Positions 1 through 12,489 of a stretch of 64,000 nucleotides of DNA are shown piece by piece (the stretch's first letter is position 1; every line of letters begins with the position of its first letter). Below the pieces are notes generated by a model. It was not told the origin of the DNA and did no database searches. It worked only from the letters and a program-made list of their open reading frames with translations. The position numbers and the translations under genes are program-made. Source of the stretch: Octopus vulgaris (lineage: Eukaryota); NCBI GenBank assembly GCA_951406725.2, contig OX597817.1:19096001-19160000 (forward strand), written 5' to 3'.

Positions 1-141
1 TTTAGTTAGATTTCTGTGTAGTAAATGGAAGAAAATGAAATCGTTTCTGTTGACTATTTTGTCCAGTTATTAAATTCGACTCCGATACTGCAAACATAAT
101 CTCCAATTAAAATGCACTTTAATATAGTTCAATACCAACAG

Positions 142-230
142 ATTACTAAAAGAAAAAATACAGAGAGCAAACAAACCAGCAATTGTAAGCAGACATCAAA
201 TGAGAGCTTTGGGATTGGCACCGTTGCGAG
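142..230 (+). CDS. Candidate internal exon of an unidentified host gene
   Basis: Acceptor ...ccaacag|, donor |gtttaa. Open frame LLKEKIQRANKPAIVSRHQMRALGLAPLR (an alternative frame ends ...GIGTVAR). Not repeat-like. Confidence 0.4.
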
Positions 231-928
231 GTTTAATTTGTTAAAAATACAGGTCTTTCTAATGGGTTTGCATTTGCTTAACTATCCATCAAATCCCTTT
301 CGCTCTTTGGCAAACGTTTAATATGTTGAATTTTATTTTTTGTCAGTAAACGACGTAATAATTTAAGAGACCAATCAAACACTTTACATTTTAAATCGGA
401 AAAATATTTCAAAATAATGACAATATTATTAATAAAAGGAACCTAATATGGTAACTTGTGAAACAAACGTTTACAAAACGCATTAGCTATTTTGCCATGC
501 GTACATACATTATCGCACACTTAGACACACGTATCAATATGTCATGAATACACTATCATACCTCGACATATGGAAATATTTAAATAATAATTACTTGTAT
601 GTATTTGTGCGTGTGTATGTGTGTGAATGTGTGTGTGTGCACGCGTATATACATATATGTACAAATAATTATATATAATCATTTTAAAAAGTACGTATAT
701 ATGTATATTTCTATGTGTGTATCAATCTTTTAAGCTAGGCACACACGTAGACTTATAAATATGCCGGTATATTTACAATAATCGCGTTGATTGTAGATAT
801 TGAATTTTTTAATGTAAATATTTGAGATATTTGAACCGTAAATTTTTGGTTTTGAACAATACTGAAAATTTGTATGTCAACAAAATTTATCGACTCTAGT
901 CCCAGAAGTTCTTTTGTCCACTCTCCAG

Positions 929-1010
929 AGATCCAAGTGATTCTGAGAATCTTAAAATCAAACATAGATACGTGTTAACAAATACTGCAAATATTGGAAT
1001 AGAACTCTTG
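929..1010 (+). CDS. Candidate internal exon of the same gene (DPSDSENLKIKHRYVLTNTANIGIELL)
   Basis: Pyrimidine tract ttcttttgtccactctccag|, donor TTG|gtaatt, open frame ending in phase 0. Confidence 0.5.
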
Positions 1011-2498
1011 GTAATTTCTGATTAATAGGAACCCTTATATTAGACTTTATAACATATGGAGGCGATATCATAAGGTTACAAAGAAGTAAGTCGATTAAAA
1101 GCTAACATCCTGTCTCATAGTTACCCTAACCTGCTTGGAGCAGTTAAGAAAATTAGGTAGAATTGACATTCCGAGTTAAAATTCAACACAAGAACCATTT
1201 TCCTTTCATTTTTTCTTTATCTCCGACTTATGGAATAAATGGCGATCACGTATTATACCACTCAAACAATATTGCCTTGTCTACATAATTTTGACCTTAT
1301 GCCTGCATTAGAAATCGTTTATACAATTAGTATGATTATTTCGATTGGTTACGAATAAGACCGAACCAGATCCAAACGAAAATAATATTAATAATAATGA
1401 TAATCTTATTACTTTATGATTGAACTAGAAGAAAAGTAGATCTTCCTAAACGACACATCAATTCAAACAACAACAAGGTTTTTGTCCGAATATAAAAATC
1501 TTGAAATAGAGAAAGCCAGACAAGGAAGTCTGGAAATAAGCCATCTCCATAACAGTATGTGCATTGAGGATTAAACAATAAACACAAATACACAGTAAAA
1601 CTACATTTACTTGATGCAAATGCAGTGTGCAATGCATGGCTATTGATTTATAAACATTTGCACAAGGATATATCTATATAAGGGGAGGGTATATATGTTG
1701 ACCCATGGAGAATTTGAACTCAGAACATAAAAAAAAAACTATTACTAAATATCACGAGTCATTCTATCCGATGCTTTTTTATTATTCAACCAAAAATGAG
1801 TTGTACACACAAATTACGTAGAATACTTTTGATACAAATGAAACACAGAACAAATAAAAATATAAAAACAAAACTGCATATGCCCTAGATACCCAGACCG
1901 CGCTCAAATATGAAGTGAAATCACGCACTACTCTAAAGACTACTGAAATAATATTTTTCATAACAAAAATGACAATAGTGTACTAATTTTTCCATGACAA
2001 ACATGACAATAGTGTAATAATAATGGAAACAGCAATATAAAATGACTATCATGTTATGGAGAGTCGAGCTGAAAAGCTGCCGATTTACAACGACTTTGCT
2101 ATTCAACTAAGAACAATACTGCAATTAATGAATGTGTCTGTCAGTGCCTTTTACAAGTATTGATACCCAGCCACTTCTCAAAAAATATCAACGTATTAAA
2201 TGTAAGGTGAGACAGAGGCACGTTCTAGTAAACAGCAACACTAGGACATATTTGTATCTGTATATACCCAAGACAGCGCCTTAATGAATTTTTTAAAGCT
2301 ATTAATGATAATGGCAATAACAACGGAAACATAAAGATGGAGAAGAAATACAATCAAAATATAAAACTAGTGTCAAAGGTAAAGTAAAGAACGGTAATTC
2401 TTTTGCAATAAAAGCCCTAATGCAGACAATAACCGATATGAATTTGTGTGTGCAAACTAGGTGACGATAACGAAAACGTGGCTCTCCTTATTGTATAG

Positions 2499-2523
2499 GA
2501 AACAAATGAGTCAGAAATATTTG
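2499..2523 (+). CDS. Candidate 25-nt micro-exon (ETNESEIF)
   Basis: ctctccttattgtatag|...G|gtaagg. Phase-0 start is compatible with the 929-1010 exon. Confidence 0.35.
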
Positions 2524-2620
2524 GTAAGGCCTTTCGAATGTATGAATAAAATATCATGAATCTGAATATATTATACAATATATTGTAATATAATATAATA
2601 TTGTGTATTTGATATACCAT

Positions 2621-2867
2621 GTGGAGGCGCGTAACTTAGTGGTTAGGGTATTGAACTCATGATCGTAAGGTTGTGGTTTCGATTCCTGGAACTGGCAATA
2701 CGTTGAGTTCTTGAGCAAAACCCTTCATTTTACGTTGCTCCAGTCCACTCAGCTGGCAAAAATGAGTAATCCTGCGATGGAATGGCGTCCCGTCCAGGTG
2801 GGGAAATTCTACGCCACTGAAACTGGGAAACAGGCCCTTATGAGTCTGGCATGGCTCGAGAAGGAAC
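2621..2867 (+). mobile_element. tRNA-derived SINE with V-domain-like core
   Basis: tRNA-like head with A box (taacttagtggtt) and B box (ggtttcgattcc), followed by cctgcgatggaatggcgtcccgtccagg, resembling the V-SINE central domain. Confidence 0.75.
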
Positions 2868-3089
2868 ATTAATTTCTTTTTCTATGTATAAATGATATAC
2901 TATACACAAACACGCAATCGCGCGCGCACACACACATACATACACACATGTATTGTTTTTGCCATAAGAATTTAGAAAATTTGAGAGAACGTGAAACAAT
3001 TTTTTTTAACGTTTGTACTCGAAATAAATAAAGCCATACATAAAAGCGTACAAATATTGGATTAAAAGAAAACCATTTATCTCTTATCT

Positions 3090-3310
3090 TTTATCTTTTT
3101 TCTTACTTCAGACATTAGACTGCAGCCAATATGGGGCTACGCGTTGAAGGACTTTAATTGAATGAATCGACCCCAATATTTTCTTTTTTAAGACTGGTAT
3201 TTATTCTATTGGGTCCTTTCGCCGAACTGATAATTTACGGGGACATGAACACACCAACGCCTGGTTTCAAGCGATGGTGCAGAATGAACACAAACATAAA
3301 ACATACACAT
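3090..3310 (-). mobile_element. Degenerate 3' part of the CORE-like octopus-type SINE
   Basis: Diverged match to the 7398-7798 copy (gccgaactgataatttacggggacatgaacacacc). Confidence 0.6.
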
Positions 3311-3318
3311 GCACACAC

Positions 3319-3361
<43 letters not shown>

Positions 3362-3363
3362 AA

Positions 3364-3404
<41 letters not shown>

Positions 3405-3492
3405 TATATATATATAGGTGTAATAAAATAAATTATTATTACCGGTGATCTAGCACAAAAGACATGTTAGCCGTTAGGCTATATGTTATTCA

Positions 3493-4030
3493 TATATAAG
3501 TACATTAAAAGCCTCTAAAAGAAGAAGCAAGTACTAGATCACAAAAAGTGGATAAATTCAATGAAATAAAATCAAAAGCGTTTACAAACTCGGCTCATCT
3601 TATACTGCAGTTTCATCTTTTTTTTAGCAGTAAATATAATTTATCTGCCAAGGCTAGACTCTTCAGTAAGCAGCCTTTGTTATCCTATTACTATGTTTAC
3701 ATATTTCTCGATAAATTTTGATCGTAGATCCTATACCAGAAACCTCTCTGTTTGTCGGGAATGTTTTGCGTCTGCGCAATGGTCTTAAAAGTTAGAGAAT
3801 GCAAGTCGCTAGAACCGCACATGTTTCTAACGAAATGTACTTCTAGGATAACAAAGGCTGCTTAGTGAAGAGTCTAGCCTTGGCAGATAAATTATATTTA
3901 CTGCTAAAAAAAGACGAAACTGCAGTATAAGATGAGCCGAGTTTGTAAACGTTTCTGATTTTATTTCATTGAATTTATCCAATTTTTGTGATCTAGTACT
4001 TGCTTCTTCTTTTAGGGGCCTTTTAATGTA

Positions 4031-4038
<8 letters not shown>
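3493..4038. mobile_element. Inverted-repeat element (about 195-bp arms, about 155-bp spacer) in (TA)n; Penelope-like pLTR or retrozyme remnant
   Basis: 3493-3687 is the near-identical reverse complement of 3844-4038. Each arm holds a hammerhead motif. Confidence 0.8.
3599..3670 (-). ncRNA. Type I hammerhead ribozyme motif
   Basis: Minus strand: ctta CTGAAGA gtct...agat GAAA CTGCAG TA taag. Stems I and II pair, stem III is palindromic, GUA site. The + copy at 3861-3931 has a C-to-G change in the core (GTGAAGA). Confidence 0.75.
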
Positions 4039-4093
<55 letters not shown>

Positions 4094-4284
4094 ATAAATA
4101 TTAGGGAATAAATCCAAATTTACAGGGGGAAATCAGGTTTAGGATTGAATCCAATTTTATAGTAAAATATTATATTATATTAAATTAGAGACAAAACCAC
4201 TATTATGCAAATCAAACAAAGAAAGACTTAAGCCAATACATAAAATAATTTATATAAATTAAAATTAATTAAAGTAATTAAAAT

Positions 4285-4338
4285 AACCACTACGATCGTT
4301 TCGTCTCAGCACTTCTATGAGACATTCTTCAGGTGGTT
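4285..4338 (-). ncRNA. Type I hammerhead ribozyme motif
   Basis: Minus strand: aaccac CTGAAGA at gtctca tagaagtgc tgagac GAAA CGATCG TA gtggtt. 6-bp stem I, 6-bp stem II, two extra nt after the core. Confidence 0.7.
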
Positions 4339-4389
4339 TCAAAACCTTCTTTGCAAATTCTAAACTATGAACTCTAATTTTGTCTCTAA

Positions 4390-4424
<35 letters not shown>

Positions 4425-4468
4425 GGGTTTCTTTAAGTTTCCGCCTACCAAATCCACATCATTGCATA

Positions 4469-4700
4469 TTCTTTTACTTGTTTCAATCATTAGCCAGCGG
4501 CCATGCGGGAGCACTGCTTTAAAGGGTTTTAGGCAAAGAAATCGATTCTAGGACTTATTCTTTCTAAGCCAAGTACATATTCTATTGGCGTCTTTTGCTA
4601 AACCTGCAAGGTTAAGGGGACGTAAACACAGCAAAATCATTTGTCAAGCGGTGGTGGAGAGACAAACACGGACACAAAGACACACACACCCATAAGTATG
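4469..4700 (-). mobile_element. Partial CORE-like octopus-type SINE
   Basis: cttttacttgtttcaatcattagccagcggccatgc... matches the 3' half of the 7398-7798 copy. Confidence 0.65.
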
Positions 4701-4966
4701 TATATATATGCACCCCTTATTCCTTCGAAATTAGGAATATGCAGCCTTCGAAACATATGTCGAGAATAAAGGAATTTTGTTAAATCGTCATTCAACTCCA
4801 TTCTTTCATTTACTTGTATTAAAAAAAACACACAAATTCCCACACGAAAGCACGTGATCTCTGCCCTTGGCATGTAGCTTCAACCGTGTTTTTCTGACGT
4901 GAATTTGCTACCCAGGTATCGGTTAACCGAATTATCCATACTAAGATAATTCATTCAACTATTTAT

Positions 4967-5805
<839 letters not shown>

Positions 5806-6599
5806 ATATATATATATATATATATGTATATATTGTTGTGTCTGGGGAGAATATCATTCCCTTTAAGTGCCTTTTACTGAACGGGCGTACTTTTGCTTCT
5901 GCGAGCTAATTGTAGGTTTACCTTTTTACTTTGTTATTACCCGTGATTGTTAGCACCTTGTTTTCGGTGTCAATTCGAAACATTATCTGCTTTTGAGCAG
6001 GTTTTCTTTTTGCAAATTCCCCCTAGTTAGGAGCGAATTATTCTATTTATTTTTTTCGTGCAATATTATTTTTACATATCACAACAATGAATGCCTCAAA
6101 CAACGAAAACGCCCACCAAAACGAAAGCCCAAAAAACGTTTCAAAAAATTTGTACAACATGCTCCCCACCCTCTCAAACCATGAAAGGAGGGAGAAGCAA
6201 AACCAAGAAGTAATGAACACTGAACACCCACCAACCAAAACAGAAGGCAACGACAAAATCAACTTCGCTTCTGTCAACACAGAAAAAAATAACAGACATC
6301 TTCAACGAAATAGAAAAATGCAAAATCTATTGACAAAAGAGTGCACTAACATCAAATTAACGCCTCCAGGAGGCGTTAATACTATCCATCCAAAAGAAAA
6401 CAATTATTTTCAAAACACTAACCTTGAAGGCAAAAACAAAATCTGAAACGACTTTCAAAGAAGCTATATTATTATGAATAAATTTACTTGTGATATTTAT
6501 TCGTTGAGGAGGGGTGATGGTAACCCCCCCCCCCCGCTTCCATAATGGCATGTGAGGTACTCTTCTTGAGTTTAGAATATAAATGTCTAGTAAAAGATT

Positions 6600-7000
6600 T
6601 TTGTAGCGGTGCGATTCGCCTCTGAGGAAGAAGCAAAAAAAAAAAAAAAACACTGAACAACATTCCTAAAGTCGGCAGAACTGGAATTACTGCCGAATTA
6701 ACTCGGAAAGCGAATCTCGTGAATCATGATAGGGGAGATCCCACCAGCAATGAATGTGGTGGGGCTGGTGGCAGCCGTTTTGTTGAACATTGAGGATAGA
6801 ATCACTATTCTCCAAGCCACCAAGCATCTATAGAATTGGTGGGGCCAGAGTCTACAACTTATTATACAGGCCAATCCAAAAGACCTTGACGACATGCCAA
6901 AGCATGCAATTTTACCCGACGAAACCGCACTGAGAGTAATGGTGGGTGGTGGGGAAATAACTTATGCTTTTGCTTTTCCAGTGACCGTATGATGACTGTC
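6600..7000 (+). pseudogene. Decayed LINE ORF1 (RRM plus zinc-knuckle type, L1/Tx1-like)
   Basis: Interrupted frame VAVRFASEEEAKK..TTFLKSAELELLPN*LGKRIS*IMIGEIPP..VAAVLLNIEDRITILQAT..NWWGQSLQLIIQANPKDLDDMPKHAILPDETALRVMVG, then a decayed LCFC motif. Confidence 0.5.
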
Positions 7001-7397
7001 AGCGCTATACGGCGGCTCACCGTAAGTAAAGTATGGAGGGGGAACATTAAACCGTACAGTGCTGGTAGTCATCGTACGATGACAGGAAAGACATAAGAGA
7101 GCTAACCTCTTAATTCAGCTCGCAGTGCCGTTTACTTAGTATCTGTGACCGATGAGGAGGCAACTACTCAGAAATTTTAACATCCTACAGGCTAGGTAGA
7201 TGGCGCTGCCAGCTCAACTAGGTGTATACACACTATATATCAACAACCGAGATTTATTCTCCGTGACGAAACGCAGCGTGTAGCTTGTTCCCCACTTCGA
7301 ACGTGTATCAAGCATGCTCGGCCTGATAATAACATTGCATTTTCGCTTATCACTGCTTAGAGTTCCACCTCCGTAATTATTATTTAAAAATTAGACA

Positions 7398-7798
7398 TTA
7401 CTCTTTTACTTGTTTCAGTCATTTGACTGCGGCCATGCTGGAGCACCGCTTTTAGTCGAACAACTCGACCCCGGGACTTATTCTTTTGTAAGCCCAGTAC
7501 TTATTCTATCGGTCTCATTTGCCGAACCGCTAGGTGACGGGGACGTAAACACACCGACATCGGTTGTCAAGCAGTGCTAGGGGGACAAACACAGACACAC
7601 AAACACACACACATACATATATATACACATATATACGACAGGCTTCTTTCAGTTTCCGTCTATCAAATCCACTCACAAGGCATTGGTCAGCCCGAGGCTA
7701 TAATAGAAGACACTTGCCTAAGATGCCACGCAGTGGGACTGAACCCGGGACCATGTGGTTGGTTAGCAAGATACTTACCACACAGCCACTCCTGCGAC
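7398..7798 (-). mobile_element. tRNA-derived CORE-like SINE with internal (TA/TG)n, octopus-type
   Basis: tRNA head gcaggagtggctgtgtggtaag...ccgggttcagtcccactgcg, CORE-like ttgggcaagtgtctt, (AGTAAAAG) tail. Many near-identical copies in the window. Confidence 0.9.
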
Positions 7799-8935
7799 TA
7801 TGAGAGTAAAGGTACATAATCTAATGTTTCAGATATTCGGCGCGTGCACATAAGAGCACAGGTTTGAATTTCTGATAGGGTACATGTTTTATCACTGCGC
7901 AGGATATTTCATTTCAGATCACGTCACTCTACTCAGGAGTTATTATTACCAAGTGGAAGCCGATGTAGCAATCTTTCCCTCCAATTTTCACATCTTGGTT
8001 GTTCATCTTGGGCGAGAGTGAGAGACCGAGAAGATATCTAATAGCAAAAGCATGCATCGTAGCAGGCTCGATGATTCTAGTAAATGATGGCTGGCTACAC
8101 TAATGAAATGGGTACTCGTGTTAAAAAGCATTCTCTGAATGCAAATAGTGGAATCTATGAAAATAAAGAATGTAACTCATGAGTAAAACTATATCACATC
8201 TTATAATCCAACAAAATAGATAGGTTTAGCTGTTTTAGCTTGTCTTAGCGTGTCAGTTACACACACACTCTAAGGAATGATGATATAAAAAATATATTGA
8301 CCTTTTTAATAGTGCATCTATTTACACGAACTTTTGAGAGTATTTTACGATTATATATCTTTCTAATTGGTTACTAATAGTCTAAGTAACAAATCCGTTC
8401 TTACAAAGATAAACAAAAAATATAAAGAAACATGACGTGCTGCAAAAACTTACGAATGATATCTCATGCTATACTTTCAAATACTCACTATTTCAGAATA
8501 ATCATGTGTCTGAATCATTAAGCATTAATTTGACAAGATACCTAAAAGCTATGATTTTTGATGTAGTAAACAATACACTTAACGAAATGAATCCCATTAT
8601 TTCTTTTAGTATTCGTAGACTAGTTCGTGATAAAAAAAAAATACAAGAGATAGAGCTACCGAAAGAAGGTGTAGTCATCTACCATGCGAGATATAGCAAC
8701 CATATCATAGAAAAATCACAATATATCATCATATTACAAAACTACAATAGGGAACATTGTCCTTTATATGTTGAAAGAATGCAAAGTGATAAGAGTCGGA
8801 ACGTCTTTAACGGGAACAATTTGAATTTCAGTGACTTGTTCGTAGTCCCTCAGGCAAGAAATATTTCAGTCTGTTACTTTATAAAGAACCGGAAACATAG
8901 GAAACCTCGAATGGGGCAACCCATTGATCATTTTA

Positions 8936-9020
<85 letters not shown>

Positions 9021-9394
9021 GTCTATCTCTTTCGTTCTTTATATTCAGGTTGAGGCAAAAGTCGCCCACTATATCAATAATTTATTAAAAGTATAATTAT
9101 GCATGAACAAATATCAGAACAAATTAGACATTTAAAACATTATTAATCAACTCCTATAGTATGTGACTTTATCCTGCCCCTAAATATATATATATATATA
9201 CATATACATCTCGCTGTATATATATATATATATACATATACATCTCGCTGTATATATATATATATATATTTAATATGTAATATAATTTTTTTCTGAAACT
9301 TCAGATGTTTGAATATGATAGACCACTGGTTTTAAATTGATATTAATTAAATTAATATTCAATTTTTCACCCTTAATCTTTTAAATTTATATAT

Positions 9395-10075
9395 ATTTTC
9401 GATGTGGTCATTAAGCTCTGCAGTAATTTTGGGAGCTGTACTTTTGTGATCCTTTCTAACAATTCGCGTAAGCGTCCGACGTTCCCTATCTAAAAGTTTT
9501 GGTTTTCTTCTGGAGTATTGTTTCAACGAGGAGGTTTTACCCTCATTCTCAAAGGCTGTCACTACTTTCGAGACAGTACTTCTTGATACACCAAAATTTC
9601 GGCTGTTTTCGTTACGCTAGTGCCTGCCATACGAGCACTAACAATTTGATCTCTTCGAATGTCCGATAGATGTGTTATTTTAATGAATTTTAATTACCTT
9701 TTTCTGATGATATCTGAAATGAAACAGCAATTTCAGCAAAACATATTAAGTAATATTTTGTTTTTGGATTTGGTTTGCAAGATTCTTTATATGAGTTCGT
9801 GTGTTGAAGCATATTCTGTTGTGTCTGGGGAGAGTCATTTTCTTTTTGTGCCTTATAATATAACACACTCACCGGTTAAATTTCCACTTATTTCTTATTT
9901 TTATTTTCCTCAAATTTTCGTTGCGTCTTGCAACCTTTTCAATATTAAATAGTACTAATAATAAATAATAAAAAACACATAAAAAATAAACACGCTTTTG
10001 ACGGTTTTATATGTATATTTCAAAATTATAATACTATGATGCTAGGTGTTTCCACTATTTGGTTCAACCTCTGTA
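9395..10075 (-). mobile_element. Tc1-family transposon 5' part (TIR plus transposase N-terminus) with nested insertion
   Basis: Frame ..TAFENEGKTSSLKQYSRRKPKLLDRERRTLTRIVRKDHKSTAPKITAELNDH (Tc1 HTH region). TIR-like tacagaggttgaaccaaatagtggaaacacc at 10045-10075. Confidence 0.8.
9756..9945. repeat. Dispersed repeat, copy of the 61640-61957 hairpin family
   Basis: tttatatgagttcgtgtgttgaagcatattctgttgtgtctgggga... is shared with 61668-61825. The motif tgttgtgtctggggaga also occurs at about 5834. Confidence 0.75.
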
Positions 10076-10298
10076 TTTATCTAGAATAGCTTTACGAAGT
10101 ACACAGATATCAGAACTACAAGGACAAATAAGTCGTAACAGAATTTGGCTTGTTGTCTTTTAAAATAAAACAAGGTTGTTTAATATCAACAAGTTCTGTA
10201 TGTCATATTTCTCTGTAATATTCTTAGCCTCAAGGCTGGCTTTTTCTGATAGCACTTTTACTAGTTATCCTATAATTCTTTTGTATTTCTTTCCTAAG

Positions 10299-10320
10299 CA
10301 ATTCTAGGTAGTAATTCTTG
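10299..10320 (+). CDS. Candidate micro-exon (start at 10299 or 10308)
   Basis: Long pyrimidine tract and perfect |gtaagt donor. Phase-1 entry continues ETNESEIF into (AIL)GSNS. Confidence 0.3.
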
Positions 10321-10482
10321 GTAAGTGTGTATATGTTTTCTTAATTCATTGAACAAGTATCCTATCAATGTTGTGAATTTCTCAGTTTATATTGTTTATT
10401 CCTTAAACGATGGAATTTCTTCACGATAGTCCAGAGATCGTCTTCAAACTGCTTCAATCTTAGGTTAGGTGGAGGATTATTT

Positions 10483-10550
<68 letters not shown>

Positions 10551-11354
10551 ATGTATGTATATATATATGTGTATATATCTATACCAATGTATCTATTTAT
10601 CTATCTATCTACCTATCTAAATATCTATCTATATATGTATGCATACACACACTTATATAGGTATATATACATACATAGAAGCACACATATAAAATAATAT
10701 ATCTGCCTTTGTACTGTTATGTATTAAATAATAAAAGATTTGCATGTGTGAACCTTCATTATTTTATATACACGCATCTATCTGCAGATTCTTGAGTCTA
10801 CTTCCTCATGCATGCGCCAACGCGAAAAACATATATTGACATGTGTATGTGTGTTTGTCTATGTATGTGTAAGTTTATATAAATATGCGGAGATTTATCT
10901 AAATATCAAATCATTCACATGTATGCGCCTGCTAGAGTTTATAATGTCTCCCCGTATTTGTGAGCTTACAATCGTTTGAATCAATATCTTCACTTAATGA
11001 TCTATGTGAATCACCATTCTGCTATAGTTTCACCCCTTCCTACCTCCATTTCGTCTCTCTTTTTCTTTCTTTCTATCACTGCTTCTAGAAATAAGCAAAC
11101 ATATGGTTTTGAGTTGCTCTATGAAGCACCTACTCCTTATACATTTTACAATACACATTGCTTTCCATAAATAAATCTTTAAACACGTCTTCACCTTATT
11201 CCACTGGGTGAATTTAATTGTGTCCCAAAACAAATTTACACACACTAAAATTCTTCACTCACAAACAATCCGCACAATCGTAACACTACTTCCAGCACTC
11301 ACACAATCACAACATTACTTCCAACAAACACACAGTCACAACACTACTCCCAAG

Positions 11355-11379
<25 letters not shown>

Positions 11380-11385
<6 letters not shown>

Positions 11386-11515
11386 GGAATCTGTGTTCTG
11401 GACTCTCATCATGACGGACAAAAATCGATTTTATATCCTAAAGAATTCCTTTCTCATAAGCACTCAACGCCTACAAATAAACCTCCAGACCTCCCTTTCT
11501 ATTCTGTTTAATTGA
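11380..11515 (+). pseudogene. Penelope-like element GIY-YIG C-terminal remnant
   Basis: ICVLDSH...NSFLISTQRLQINLQTSLSILFN* resembles the ES.LI...P.LN.Q end of PLE endonucleases. A short inverted relative (cacgcatctatctg) lies at about 10781 and 12190. Confidence 0.4.
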
Positions 11516-12489
11516 CACTAGCTGTCAAATTGAGCTTATCCTGCTTTCTTTGTTAATGAGCAAAACAAACTACTTCATAATCATATTAATATTTATTTTA
11601 TAAGCATAGCAACTCCATTGCTCATACGACATATCACCACACGTACACAGATAGAAATACGCACTACTTGCAAACCATAGGAACTCCTAAATCACCGAAA
11701 ACACTACAAATCACACGCGTATTCGACAGTTATGTTCAGTTTCTCTTTGTTAACTTTAGTCCATCTAAGCAGACCACAACTACGTTTCCATACTTTTCCG
11801 AAATCAAATTTCATTCAGAGGTCAGTGTTTCACTTGATGTTTAGTAGTAGATAATATCTAACAGAGACGCATACTCTCTCTCTCTCTCTCAGATGCGCGC
11901 ACACACACTTGTTTGTACTTATGTGTGCATGTTTGTGAGTAACTGCAACTGGATTTTTCTCGTAACCTCAAGATTCCTACCACGACCTACATATCATTAC
12001 ATTGTATACACACAATGCACACATAACACACAAACAATGACACACCATGGCACGAGGAGTGGGTGGAAGTTGATCTTGTCTGATACTTAAATATATGTAG
12101 AGCTTATCTGAAAATTGTTTGTTAAATTGTAATGTTTTTTTATAAAAAAATCTATTATTCCGCAGTAACAGGATCAAGGAATTTGACCAGATAGATGCGT
12201 GTCAGTTTTTTTGCTGTTGGTTGTTGAGCGAGTTTGGATGAATTTTGGAGTTGGTGACTAGAAGTAGCTTAGAGAATGTTTGTTGAAGGCAGCGTACTAT
12301 TTGTGTGATTAGGTGGTGTGTTTTGACAAAGAAATTCTTAGTCAGAAGCAACGTGACGTGGAAGTTGAAAGGGGTTGTATCATATCATTTATATTTTTCA
12401 TCACACACTCACGCACATCTAATATTTTAGTATCATTTACTTGAGATATAGATTTTTTTCTTTTTCGTTTCTATTGTTGTCGTCTGATA

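Noticed and set aside
7190-7212. CTCF/YY1-like motif tagatggcgctg
   Set aside because: Partial match in a repeat-derived region; not supportable from sequence alone.
8437-9096. Longest ORF (219 aa)
   Set aside because: GTG start, runs through (CT)n/(ATCT)n microsatellites, no recognisable motif or splice support.
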